Below, piece by piece: positions 1-15,200 of a stretch of 64,000 nucleotides of DNA (position 1 is the stretch's first letter; every line of letters begins with the position of its first letter). This DNA is from Camelus ferus (lineage: Eukaryota), in assembly GCF_009834535.1 (NCBI RefSeq), contig NC_045696.1:40364001-40428000 (forward strand), written 5' to 3'. Below the pieces are notes generated by a model. The model was given only the letters and a program-made list of their open reading frames with translations, did not search any database and was not told the DNA's origin. A program made the translations under genes and the position numbers.

Positions 1-1444
1 TAATAAAAAAAATTTCTTTTTAAATCATAAAGTCACAAGTCTTACAGCTTAAAGTATCATTGGAAATCATATGGTCAAACTATTATTTACAGATGTGAAA
101 ACTGAGTCCTAACTAAAACAAGTGGCTTTCACAAGGTCATGCAACTTAATGATGAGCTGACATCAGAAGAGGGCCAAGTCCCAATTAGGTTTATAACCTA
201 AAACCTCTTCTACTCCAGAGATAACCATCTCTGATACTTTTTAACTAATATCAGTCTTTCAGAGAGCTTGGCTTGCCCAGTATTACCAGCGATAAATTTG
301 GGATAGATCATTTTTTGTGGATGGAATCGCCCAATACAAATATTCTCTATAAGCTCACCTAGCTCTAAATATTTGATTATTGCTCTATGTATTATTCAAG
401 GATACCCTTCACTACATGGATACATATTGCTTCAATCTCCAAAATGTTTCTTCTCTTCTAGCAAGACCAGTCTATTTATGATCCCACAAATGTTTATTCC
501 ACTGACAAATCTTCCCCTTATGCAAAATGATCTCCCTCTCCTTTATATTTATGCAACTCCTATTCACTCTGCAAGACCTAGTGTTCTATCTTCCCTCACT
601 TGTCTGACCTCATGAATATTCCTTTCTTCTGAACTCCCACAGCCCACAAGGCTAGTCCACAAGCAGAGAACACACTTATTACTGGTATAGTGTTCTCCCC
701 ATTGTTTCTTATGTACATTTCATCTTCCCAATTAGATTTATGGCCCCTTGAAGACAAGTATCACGGCTTTAGGCTTTCAAATCACAGTGGAGCAGAACGG
801 TGTGATGGAGGCATTCAGAGCAGGTATTCAGTTCACACTCAGTTGACTGGGCAGCGGGGTGGAAAAGAGAACATTGTCTTGTTTCTTTAACCATTCTCGA
901 TTAACTTCTGAGACTCCACAAAGCTAATACAAAAACTTAACGTTAGTTTGACTGATGTTTTGAACTAACTAGAATTAACTGGGGAGGGCAGGAAAGGATG
1001 GCAGACAGGCTGCTTCTAGTCCCATCCTACAATCTTTTCTTTGAAATGTAGAGAAAATCCACTTGAGACATCCCAGGTGGCTGATAGCTGTTTTTAAATT
1101 AGGTCTTCACTTCTGCAGCATCAATTTCTGGCAGTAAGTCTGCTCTTAGAAGTGAATCTTTTTTTCTGGGGTAAGAAAAGTTTTATTGAATTCATGTGAT
1201 GAAAGATGAAACTCTACGAGCCAAAATTAGTTTAAAAAAATCAACTGCATACTTACTTGTACCAGAATGCTTCAGCTTCCACATAAGCATGAAGTGACAT
1301 GGGCATGTCTTAGGAAAAGATTTCTTATCCTAGCTTCTTTTCCTTTAGCATGTATTTATTAAGTGCACCACGACAATAGCAAAAATGATCACAATGACAA
1401 AATATGAAGTATTAAATAAACACAATTAAAAAGTTAAGAATCCA

Positions 1445-1627
1445 AACAACAATGTCCTACCTACAAGGTCCCTATAGCATAGGGAACTATATTCAACAGT
1501 TTGTAGTAAACTGTAATGGAAAAAAAAATATATATATATATATATAAATAACTGAATCACTATGCTGTACACCAGAAATTAATACATTATAAATCAACTA
1601 TACTTCAATCTTAAAAAATGTTTTAAA
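1445..1627 (+). mobile_element. 5'-truncated L1 3' end (cetartiodactyl-type)
   Basis: Motifs tatagcatagggaactatattcaa and actgaatcactatgctgtacaccagaaa...aaatcaactatacttcaat. 17-bp TSD AAAAAGTTAAGA(A/G)TCCA at 1428-1444 and 1628-1644. Confidence 0.88.
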
Positions 1628-1629
1628 AA

Positions 1630-1870
1630 AAAGTTAAGAGTCCAGATTCAAAAGTCCATCCAGGTTTGAATTCTGGGTTCATAACTTGGTAACTGTGTGG
1701 GCAAGTTGCTTAATATTTCTCTGTCTTACTTTCCACACCTATAAGTAGGAAAAATAATAGAACTAACTCAGAGATTTATTGTAAGGATTACAATGAGATA
1801 CTGCATGAAAAAACTGTAAATATGCAGCCCACTGTAAGCATTCACTCAATGTTAGCTATTTATCATTGCT
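1630..1870 (+). mobile_element. MIR SINE
   Basis: Core ggtttgaattctggg...tgggcaagttgcttaat...tctctgtcttactttccacacctataag...ttgtaaggatta...ctcaatgttagctatt. Confidence 0.75.
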
Positions 1871-4800
1871 AGTATTATCATTATTAAGTTCTTATAATAA
1901 GTCAGGAACTGTGCTGAATAGTTTATATATATTTTAGCAGATATAAATTTTGTAAAAATTTGTGAGTATATTCACCAATATGCTTCAAACACCAAGAGGA
2001 GTTCCTAGCCCACATAGGCATGGAATAAATGACTGTTGAATGAATGAATGGTTTCACTAACTCCTCATCACAGCCTTACAATGTGTCAGGCACCCAGAAT
2101 ATAATAGTGAGCAAGACAATGTCCCAACCTTCAGGTCTGGTGCAGAGGGAGGGGGGCCATGCAGGAAAAGCAGAGAAGCCAACAAGCAATTCTTATACAG
2201 GGTGACCACTCTGATAAGACAGGACAGGGCATTTGGGAAACTCAAGGAAACAAGTCTTTCTGGATGAAATGACATTCAGACTGAGCTATGAAGGATCTGT
2301 TAACCTGCAAATTAGAAGTCACTGAATATGGCAAATCTGGCAGGCGAGAGGTTGTGGGCACTTCCTTTTACTGTGTGTAGTTTAGCATAGATGAAGTGAG
2401 GGGGGAAAGAGGGAGCCTCAGAGGTCAATAGCGCTCTAAGTGCAGTACCAGTGATGTGAACGACCCTAATGGCAAGGGGGTCATTTAAATGGCTTTAGAA
2501 TGATGACTGGTGGCTTCTTCCATCTCACTAGGTTCTAAGAGTTCTAACATTTGCTTTTAGCTACATTGCCTTTGGTGTTCATTTGCCTATTTACACATCT
2601 GTGAGCCCACATTGCTCGAATTATAACCACTTATGGTTTTCAGATCCAGGCCTATTTTTGACCATCTCTGCGGCAGTGGTCTCCAAGACCAAAGCTATCT
2701 TGAATCTCCTGAACCAAAAGTCTGAGGGTAGACAATTCTTATCAAGAGTAGATCCAATGGGATCTGTTACTTTGCTGTAGAATGTCTCACTTGGCTCTCT
2801 CCTCAATACCGTATGTACCAATCTCTCTGTGCTAAGGTTATAGCAAAAAAGGCAAGTTAACTTTTTGTACATGGCTGACCCAGCCTCAGAACGAGTATAT
2901 CATATGATTTTCTAATATTACATGACAGGTGGAGAATTTTCAGGGAAGGAGATAAGTGGCAAGATGTGGAACAAAAAGTTCCAGAATCCTATTTACCTTC
3001 CATTTAACATGTTCTTAATGCCAATTTTTTACTATGCACATATACTGTATTACTCTGGATTTCCTAGATGGTCCCTCAGCTAACCTGAATTTTTCTTTCT
3101 GGAATTCAAGGTGGTATCAGCACATAAGGATAATAATGATATGCAGATCTTCAGGAGGAAATTTCAAGGGAATTGTATTCACCAAAAATCAGCCTTTCGT
3201 ATAAATTTGTCACGTAATTTGGCATAATTACTAGAGAAAACTTAAATTCAAACAATCTTTTCTATCACTCTGAGCCATATGTGAATTGGTTTATCACTGC
3301 AGAATGAGCTCCTTAGTGGTTAGTGTATTAAGAAAATTAAAAAACAGGCTATGTTCAAAACCCAGAACTAAGTACTGGACTATGAGCTAAGAAAAGGCAG
3401 TCTTTGCTTTCAAAATGAAAACTGGGGAGAGGGGCAGATTATTTAAGTCAAGACCTTAGAAGGATGGTGAGGAATTTCAGAGAACCAAAACAAATAGGGG
3501 GAAAGAGTTCCATGGTGATGCTCTTAGCCCCAGTTTTCCCTCACTGCTTTGTTTCAGTGTGACGAGAGGAATAAGGGAAGAGAAAGACAGGCAAGCAAGG
3601 GGCAGGAGGGGAAGAGTGGGGAACTAGATGAAAAGAAAGGGAAGAAAAGATGGAAGGCATGGCGGAGAGCACTCTCAGAGCCATTCTGAATTAGGGGGTA
3701 GCACTAAAGAGAGGGGAGCATAGGCACGCCATCCCCTGCTCACAGTCAATTCCCACACCAAGCCAGGAGGCACGCCCACTGGCCCAAAAGTGCAAATGTT
3801 ATTCACAGACATGCAATGGGAGTTCTATGGTGCCAGATGGCAAAAACATGCCGAGAACCACTAGAAACACCAGCTGATTGCTAAGCCGTCCAGTCAGCCA
3901 GCCACTGAGTCCAGAGCACTTGCTTTGTGCTCAGGTGGTACGAGAGCCTCACTGCAGCCTAGGTGGACAGGGCTGAAAGGAAGAGAGAGGGGCCTGGTGA
4001 TGCCCACAGTGGGCAAAGGAAATGGCTTAAACTCCAAGTAGATTTGTTGTTTGAGGGAGAAAATAAATTAGTGACAACCTGGTAAAGCAGCAGCATGGCT
4101 CAAGCTTATACAACTTTCATCCCATTTGGATATCTGGAGTATGATGAAATTCAGACTGTCCTTGTTTAATTAGTCATGAGGTTTGACAAAGAACATTTTT
4201 CAAGTCAGGAAAGGGGAAACCAGGCTAGTGCATGAAAATATGAAAGGGCAGAAGAAAGTATCCACCTTTCTTATAAAATCCATGAGAATATTTCAGCAGG
4301 CGCTGGGTTTCTTAAGTGAGGGAGGTGCTGTGGCTAACCCTGATGTGCCGTTGAATGCTTAATTCAAAGTTCAGTGGAAGTTCAAAAGGAAATGAAGTGA
4401 AAATTGATCACTCAATATATAACCACTTGGAGAAAGAGATCCACCCCCAAAATATTTCTGCCATGGACTTTTTTCAATGCCCTACTTTTGAAAATTCTTT
4501 CAATAATGTAAATTTTTAAAAAATTCCATGCTACTTTAGTGTTTGAAATAAAGGAATTGCCTTTTAAAGAGAACCCTATGTGTCATCATAAAAAGACCTC
4601 AGGGCATGAAAGATGGGAAACATATCCATGTGGATAAAGAAGATGGCATTACAGAGTCCTTTCCAGTGGATTGAAAGCTACTTAATGAAAACACTCATAT
4701 ATTATATGAGTGGCTTTGAGAAAACATTCAGGCAATTAATAAACTGAAAAATGATTTAGCATACACAAAAACCCATACATTTTGTCATGAATGTGTCATA

Positions 4801-5489
4801 TAACCAGAAATAGGTACCCAAGGGGACTTAAATTAAAATATGTAAGCTATACCTTAAAAAAAAAGTTTCATAGAATTTACAGTTTCTTGTTTGAGAAATC
4901 GGTGATAGGATGACACACATTGACCATTGTGCATAAGAATAGTGGTAGTTAAGGGAAAATACCTGCTCTTTCTGGCCAAAGGACTACTGAGAACTTAGAC
5001 ATGGAATTGTTGAACATTAAAGGTACATAAAGCCTTAAAATTCTTTTGTCCTTCTTCTCACTTTATAGTTGTGAAAAATAAGACATTTCCCCCAGTTTGA
5101 CATCTAGAGGTAAATTCCTGCCTCTGGATTAACAGGCTATTAACAGATTGAGACTATCATCTCACCCATTCCAAGAAAGTATAAAATATAAATTCCAATT
5201 TCCTTTTAGATTTTTAGGATCTAATAAATAAGATTTGATTGGAACTAGAGAAATGGGATATCTTGAAATGTCAATGTTTATAGAATGAACCTTGTGAAAT
5301 CAATTATGGAAATTCACAATTTTAAGGGATTTTAGAAGATTATCTTCTCTTGAGAAAAGACCAGAAGTCAGAGTTTTTAAAAAAGAAAAGTATAAATAGA
5401 TGACATCTGAAATAGAAGTGCTTTGTGTCCAGGAAAGAAAGAAGCCTGAGGTGTGTTTAACAGCTGTATTCAGAATAGATATTGGGGGT

Positions 5490-5710
5490 AGTACACTCCT
5501 CACTAATGAGGAAAGAAGAGGAAATGAATTTAAATTACAACCAAAGGAATTTAAGTCAGATGGAAAGATCTTATTCGCAGTGAGGGTTTTATAAACCCTG
5601 GAAATGATTCCTGGGGAAGTTTTTCAATACTCTATCTGGATATATTTAAGGGAAGAGAGATACCTATCAGCCTAGGGTGGTTGAGGTAGAAACCTGCCTG
5701 GAATTTGCTT
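5490..5710 (+). mobile_element. L3/CR1 LINE 3' remnant
   Basis: gaggaaatgaatttaaattacaaccaaaggaatttaagtcagat...gtgagggtttt...ctggaa resembles the CR1 ORF2 C-terminus; similar to the copy at 54.5 kb. Confidence 0.6.
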
Positions 5711-8700
5711 TCAGCTGAACTCTGTAAGTCAAGATTAATCCTTGACAATGTTCAGATGTCAAAGACACCAAATACTAGACAATGGCAAAAATGTTGCCCT
5801 TTATTAAAAAAAAAAACTCACCCAAAGTAATAATTTCCTTGGAAAATCAATTGGCATATGTTAGTTGGTTGTAAGTGGAATGTACAGTTATAATACATTC
5901 TGGTTTTTATTTTCTTTCTAGCCTCATTTCCAGTGGAAAGAAGGCTTATGAAATCTCTGGCAGGCTATGCCCTGCTTAATACTTTTTATTTTAATTCTTT
6001 TGACGGTTACAACTAAATTTCTTAGAAGAAATTAGACCTCAGTAGCAATACATGTGCCTCCAGAGTAAATACTTGTGAAGAAAAAAAAGCCAACTTTCCC
6101 CCAACTCCAAAGAAACACTTGTTTCCCTTCTAACTGAAATAAGCAGGATGATTGCACCACTACCATCACCCTCTCCCTCCTTACCCTCACACAGACTCCA
6201 GCAAGTTCTCTGCAACTTGCAGAATTTCCCCTCATTTCCAGCACATAAGCAGCACTTGTACTCACAGTTCATACTGAAATTCTCTAATTTGTTGTACTTC
6301 TGTTTATACAGCTGTGTCTGTTTGCCTCATTGTGTTCACCACATCTATTGTCTGGTTTTTATTGTGAGCTCCTGGAGGTGAGGAAAGGAGTCTGTTCAAT
6401 TTGCTTTGCACAATACTGCACATGCACATTGTGTTTGATAGTGATGGTTCCTAGCATGACTGGATGCTCGCTCAATCAATCAATCAATCAATCAACTCCA
6501 TGGATTGATCAAAGCTGGCAATGAGTCATCCCGGGGTCCTCTATGCAGCACACCAAAGCCATGAGTGTCAGGGACCATAAGGAATTGAGCATCATGGAAA
6601 AGCGTCCAATCAACAACTGGAAAATCTAATAAGCCAGGGCCTGAGATGCACAGAAAGTAAGACTGCATTTCTCTGGGAGCTTTCCCACTACTATTACCCT
6701 TCCTTCCCTGGTATAAAGCCCAGTCTTGCTGGTGTTCTCAGTTCAGAGCATATTCTGTCAGATTTCAGACACTCCACAGAAGACTATCAAGTTTACAGTC
6801 TCTTGGATTTTTCATTTCTTTATGTTTACAACCCAGAAGGAACAAAAGTCATTTTCACCAGAACTAATATTTTTCCCTTCCTACCAACCCTTGCACAATC
6901 TCCCTCCAACCTTGCTTTATCCAGACTTCCTCACTGACCCCAGAGGACAGAGACAAGTCGATCCAAGTTTCTTAGTTGGGTTAAAAATTTCCAAAGCCTG
7001 TTCAGCCCTCAGTAGCTTCAAAGTTACGTCAAAGGACAAAATGACTGATAAAAACCCTTCCCTGAGGAAAAGCACAGGAAGTGACATTTCATTTAATTGA
7101 ACAAATATTTTCTAGAAACCAATTATGAGCTGCTTTTGTGCTGGGGAGAGAGAGGGGAGAAAAAGATAAACACTATCTTCAAAATGTGTGTGTGTGTGTA
7201 ATGAGTTATTTTAATTTTTTTTAAATTTTATTAAACGATCTTAAATATAAGAAAATTACTTTACTGTAGAATCATGGTAAGGATTTAATACATATGTAAA
7301 ATACATGATCTAATATATATATAAAATATACTTAGCACAGAGCCTTCCATGTAAGACGTCCTCAATAAGTATCACTTCCTCCTTCCTTATTCCAAACCAG
7401 TAGGAATTTCAGACATACTTTAGATCTTTAGATCTTTTCAGTCCTTTCTTCTACCAGATCATGTATACTTTTGAACTGTGTGACCGTAATGTAGGTTTTA
7501 TAAATAAAGGAAAATGAATGTCTGACTGTAATGTATTTAAAAGAAGGCCAGTCCACAATCCAGATCTTCAATGGTGGCTAAGGACAACTTTAGGAGATTT
7601 TTTTTCCCCTCTCTCCTAATTGATTAGGATTTAGTTGTTAATTCAGAATTGACCCTGATTCAGTAGGCATGGAATTTCCCAATCCTAGTTTTATCTGAGA
7701 CGGTACAACCCTAAATTTTTGTAAAAATCAGCTGGAGGAAAAAGGAGTTCCTTCAGATGGGTGGAGAAAGGGAAATGACCCTCCCACCCATTCCTCCAGC
7801 TCTCCAAACATTACTAATGAAACCAAATCAGATGTACTACTCCATGAGACTGTAAGAATAGCTTCCAGGAACCTCAAGGTACCTCACCTAACTGTCTTTT
7901 TCTAAAGTGCTGGCATTTCTAAACAACTTAAATGTACAGTTCCTATGAAATCTTGTGCCAAATTTAACAACACTTTTAAATCAGTGAACATTTTCCATGC
8001 TCCAGACAATTGCCATGAATCAGTAAAATACAGTGTCCCTTGAGAAACTTGAAACTACACACTGGGAAAATGTCAGTGAGATAAGAACAGGCAGTCCCTT
8101 TGTTTTGCTGATTCCTGCTTCACTGATCTTCCTCAATATTGTGTGAGAGAACAGCGTCAGTCTTCTCACGGCCTTGACTCATTTGCTGCACAGTCGTAAG
8201 GACTAAATGAGACTATACAGACAATACAGTTAGCAAGTAGACTGGCCCAAAGGAGTACATGTTTAATAAACGTGTACTTCTTTCCCTTCAAGAACCATAA
8301 GAATGTGGCCTGCCTGCTCTGTGGGGGAAATTCAAAACTGGTGGGGATAGGCTATGTGGAAACACATGTCAAAACGTGTGCCCAAGTGTCTGAATGTTAT
8401 TATCATTTCTGAAATCATGTGGCCCATCTATAAATAGCAATTTAGATTTTTCTCATGAATTTTAGAGAAATAGATCTCACTACTGTAGAATCCTGTGATC
8501 ATAGCTGGCCATTGAGATCCAACCACTAAGGTTCCTGCAATTCCAGAGTCAATGACACCAAGAGAAACAGCTTTAACTCTCATCCACTCAGTGGCGCAAT
8601 TAAGATATCTCCTCATTCCAGAGGTTTATATTAAACTAGCCACAAAAAATGAAACCCTGTTTTCAACACAGTCAGTGCTGAAAGGGGAGTCTTTCACTAA

Positions 8701-9059
8701 ATGTGTTCCTTATCCAGTAAATAAATCACATGTTCAACAGCAATAAAAATATCGGTGGGAGGTGTACATTCTTCAGTTCAGAGCAAGGAGCCTGTTGAGT
8801 GGTGGTACAGTTTTAAAAGTACCTGATTTGACATGGGAGCTCTCATCACACTCCAGAAAAAATTTTACATTGTTGTGATTTTGTTTGCTGTGTTTTTTCC
8901 CTCAAAATGGAAACAATGTATTTTAATTAGAACCATCAAAGCTTTTAAAAATGCCCATAAAATTTACAACGTCTGAGGGGTTTTTTTTTAATGGTGTCAA
9001 ATGCTGTCTCTTTTGCACTGTTAAATTCTGTGAATCAAAAGTACAAAAAGTATGTGCAA

Positions 9060-9680
9060 GGCATCCAGCAAATATTTATGGAACACCTACCATATGCCTT
9101 GCAGCAGATGTTACAATGAACAAAACAAGTTCCCTGCTCTCAAGGAGGAGTGGGGAGAGAGGAAGGGTTAGGTGCTGAGGCCGAGTATGAATGAATGAAA
9201 TGTATGAGGAAGTAGGGAATATATAAATGCTACTGTGCAATGAAAGAGAATTAGATTAGAGATACATGAATATGAGTGGCTTCAGATTAGATGGTTAGGA
9301 AAGACCTCTCTGTGGAAGTGCTACGTAAATTGAGATTTAAATGGTGAAGGGCCCAGCCATTCAGGGTCCTGGAGAAAAAGCATTCCAGGCACAGGAACCA
9401 CAAAGGCCTGAAAGTGGGGAGCAGCACGAGGTTTTCCCTAAGGAGAAGGCCAGTGTGGCTGGGGAATAAAAGCCAAGGGGGAGGGGGGCAAAACCAGGAG
9501 GTAGGCACAGTAAGAATCATATGAGGCATGGAAGCCAGAAAAGAAGTTTAGGTCGGTTCCAAGTGCTATGGGGAGCTACTGGGTGCAATAGCTGAGGTGT
9601 TAAGCAGGTGAATGGCATGATCTGACTTACCTTTCCAAAGTTCACCCCCATCTGCTGCGTGGAGACTGGAGCAAGAGTAG
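9060..9680 (-). mobile_element. L2 LINE 3' fragment (directly upstream of the MTFR1L retrocopy)
   Basis: catccagcaaatatttatggaacacctac..., gttaggaaagacctctctgtggaagtg..., agcattccaggcacagg..caaaggcctg, ggccagtgtggctgg, aagcaggtgaatggcatgatctgactta are typical reverse-strand L2 motifs. Confidence 0.75.
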
Positions 9681-9734
9681 ATTCATTTTTAAGGCAACTG
9701 GAACCACTGAAGAGTTGTAAACAAGAAAATCTGG

Positions 9735-11727
<1,993 letters not shown>

Positions 11728-12094
11728 AAGAAAACTTGATTCATTTATTTTTATTTTTGTTTTTAAGATTTCTCTGACTATGGTGTAGAGACTGGACGAA
11801 GGAGGAAAGGGGTACATAGAGGGAGCCAGAAGGGAAGAACTTTCAGTGAATTTAGAAAGCAGTTTGAATTTGGATGTGGAGCTTAGATGGTGTTCTTGGA
11901 TTATAAGAAAAGAGACAACACTTACTGAGGAACTGTTATGCTTATTTTTGTATACATAATTTTATTTATTTATTACTACATCCAGTGGAGTAGTTACTTA
12001 GCCCATTTTTCTTACATGAAAACTCAGAGATAAATCAAATTTCCAAATTTCCAGCAAAAGTAAATGGCAAATCAAAGATTCAAAGCCTGGTCTA

Positions 12095-12255
12095 GGGGGA
12101 GGATATAGCTCAGTAGTAGAGCACATGCTTAGCATGCATAAGGTCCTGGGTTCAATCCCCAGTACCTCCATTAAAATAAATAAATAAACTTAATTACTTG
12201 CCCCCGCCAGAGAAACCAAAAAATCCCCACAAACAAATAAAAATAAGTAAATAAA
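12095..12255 (+). mobile_element. tRNA-Ala-derived SINE, camelid Vic-1-like
   Basis: Head GGGGGAGGATATAGCTCAGTAGTAGAGCACATGCTTAGCATGCATAAGGTCCTGGGTTCAATCCCCAGTACCTCCA with Pol III A and B boxes, (TAAA)n/A-rich tail, and a perfect 14-bp TSD CAAAGCCTGGTCTA at 12081-12094 and 12256-12269. Inserted in a MIR remnant. Confidence 0.9.
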
Positions 12256-12399
12256 CAAAGCCTGGTCTATGTAATCAGTTTTTTCAATTCTACTATGGTG
12301 TTCCCAGGTCAGAATTAACAAATAACATAGCTTTAAATTTTAATTCTAAAGAATAAACTGATATTCTATAATATAAAATACATAATTTATTTAACTGTA

Positions 12400-12900
12400 T
12401 TGATCGACATTAGCTCATTTCTGTATTTTTGCTCCTATAACTAGAACTGTGATAAACATTTTATATACAATTTTATCTCATTTCTGATTATTAACTGAAT
12501 TCTTAGACTCCTAGCAGTGTCAGAGAATAGGGTATTTTTTAAACTCTGGACATGTAATATTAATTTGTTTTCTGGAAAGGTTGTGCAGTTTATACTCCCA
12601 CTTTACCCAAACTGGCATTTAATATTATATTTTCACCTTTGCCAATTTGATAACCAGAATTTTAATTCCATTGTTTAATTCACATTTCCATTACTTACTA
12701 AAGAGGTTGAACAGTTTTTTACATCTTTTTTAGCCTTTTTATTTTTCTTTTGTGAATTTTATGTTCATTTGATTGCTCATTTTTAAATATGCTGTTAGTA
12801 TTTCTTTCTTGGTGATTTGCAAGAGCTCTTTCTATAGGAAGGATATTAAGATTTTGTCACTTTTGGCAAATAACTTCCCAGTGTGTCCTTTACATTCAGT
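12400..12900 (-). mobile_element. Old L1 (L1M/L1ME-type) fragment
   Basis: aaaggttgtgcagtttatactccca...tttgccaatttgata...ttgtttaattcacatttc...gaggttgaaca...cttttgtgaatt...aagagctctttctataggaaggatatta is reverse-strand L1 ORF2 end/3'UTR. Confidence 0.7.
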
Positions 12901-12944
12901 TTTTAAATTTTTATTGTAGAAATATCACAAATACAGAGGGCATG

Positions 12945-13432
12945 CTTCAGTTATCTGATGCTGCATAATAAGCCACATCAAAATGCAGTGGCTTAAAATA
13001 GCATACATTTTATTTTATCTCAGTTTTACCGGTCTCAGCCAGGAGATTTTTATCTCTCATGGCTTATTCACCTTGTAGATTGGCTGACCTGAAGAGTCTC
13101 AGATGGCCTTACTCACATGTTTAGTGCCCTGGAAGGGACAGAAGGAAGGCCAAACTCTGCTGGTATTGCCAACTGGAGCATATAAACGTGGCTGCTCTTG
13201 CACGGTGGCCTCAGGCTGGTCAGATTCTGAACTGGAGGCTCTGGACTCTAAATGACAGTATTCCAGAAACAAGGCAGCAGCTTCATGGCCTTTTATGACC
13301 CAGCCTCAGAAGTTACATAGTGTCACCTCCACTGTGCTCTTTGGGTCAAAGCTGTCACAAGCCCTTCCAGACTCAAAAGGAGGGAACACAGAGGAGGGTC
13401 AAAGAATTTGTGGCCATGTTTTCAAACTTTCA
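12945..13432 (-). mobile_element. MaLR solo LTR (MLT1 family, approximately MLT1H-like)
   Basis: cagttatctgatgctgcataataagccac..caaaatgcagtggcttaaaa, agatggccttactcacatgt, tggccttttatgacccagcctcagaagttacatagtgtcacctcc, aaagaatttgtggccatgtttt. Confidence 0.75.
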
Positions 13433-14994
13433 GAAGGTATAAAACATTTTAAGGAATAAACAAATTCCACTTCACTTTTTAATTTTGTCAATAACATTTT
13501 TAATAAGCAACTAGTTATTAAGTGCATTAACTTATCTCCTTTTTCTTCTTTGTGATTTCTTCCATTGCTTTGTAATTAATTTTTTAAAATTATTTTCAAA
13601 GTGTGTGTCTACAGAATCAAGGCAATTATCAGTTACTATATTTGGAGAAATGACTTTATGGTCTTTAGGCACTTTAAGTACTATGTGTTGGGGCTGCATT
13701 CATTTAATATAACTCTTAATCCTTTCATCCTTAAATTTCCATCAGTGATACACTGGAAAATTCATCTAAAAATTCAGGTTGACCATACATTTAACTATGC
13801 AGTTGCTGTGTGGAGGTGGAAAAAAAAAAAGAAGTGTGACTAGTTCTAGCTTAGAACTTTGCCACAGTTCTGGTTCACTCTTCCAAAGAGAACTGAAATA
13901 CAATAAGCTACATTTGGCCTGTGTAGCGAACGAGTGGTACCCATCAGTTGCTGCAATGATGCTCAAATATTGAATAATTTGATTAATTTCATAAATCTGA
14001 TTTTAGCACTCTTTCTTCAGATGTTCTGAATGGCAAAGCAAAAAAGGTATCCTCCCATTTAATTAGTAATTATTTTAAAGGATGTTCTTCTGGCTAATAG
14101 AGAAGAAAGAACTCCTTATAAGCATACATTATAAAAACTCAATAAATGCTAAATGCTGATGGTCATCTCATGTTCTAAAAAGTTACACTGAGGTCTTCAA
14201 GTTGTTTTCTCTGCTTCCAATAACATTTCGAAAACTAGTGTTGTCATCTGAGAATGGAACTGTGAAAGCTATATAGGGAGAAGCAAATGAATAAATGTAT
14301 AACACACACATAGCATGATCTTCAGTGTTTCTACTTATCCTGTGTATCTTTCTCCTATTTTATTTTCACCATGTCCAGAAAAAAAGTGAATTTTGGAAGA
14401 ACACATCGTAAAAAATCCTATTCCCTAATGCAGTTAATCACCGTGGCGGCAGGAGCCGTAACTAATTTTTTTTCAACATTTTATCTCCAACACTAAGCAC
14501 TGTGCCTCACACATAGTTGTCAATGAATACTTATAAAAGAATGATTTGAGGAGAGGCACAAAAGTATTCACCAGCCTGTTCCTGTGATCTAGTCTGATCT
14601 GGAGACTTTCTTCTTCATGGAGGCCACTGTGTTCATGGAGTATCGCCACCATATCTGTCTCTGATACCTGTTGGTCACACCACACAAGCCGTGGACTGGA
14701 AAAGGTGGCCCCTTGAGTGCGTTTACCATCGTTGAAATTTATTGAGAGATCATTTGGGATCCTACGGCTTTCCAGAGACAGAGGGTCTCAAATCACCTAT
14801 GGTTAACCCAAACTTTACATCTGAATATCCACAAGTCGAGCCAAAGTTCAACTGGATCCACCCTCCAGGCCCAAGTCCACATGTCAGAGCCTGGGCCTTG
14901 TGCTCTGGGGACACTTGTGAACATTTCAGCAGCTAGGACCAGCCAAGTACTTCTTCATTTCTTGTTGAACACAGAAAACAGATAAACCCTAAAA

Positions 14995-15200
14995 ATATGC
15001 TCTTCAATACAGTAGGCATTACCCACAAGTGAATATTTAAATCCAAATTAAAGTTAAAGAAAACTAAAAATTCAGCTCCTCAGTTGGACCAGTCACATTT
15101 CAAGTGCTCCACAGCCATATGTGGCTAGTGGTGACCACACTGAACAGAGCAAACAGGAAACACTTCCTTTACCACAGAAAGTCTTACTGAATAGCACTGC
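14995..15200 (-). mobile_element. MER3-like hAT-Charlie non-autonomous DNA transposon
   Basis: aaaattcagctcctcagtt..accagtcacatttcaagtgctccacagccatatgtggctagtggtgaccacactgaacag...cacagaaagt...gaatagcactg. Confidence 0.75.

Noticed and set aside
12095..12170. Apparent tRNA-Ala(AGC) gene
   Set aside because: It has an A-rich tail, a perfect TSD and a second diverged copy in the window, so it is a SINE.
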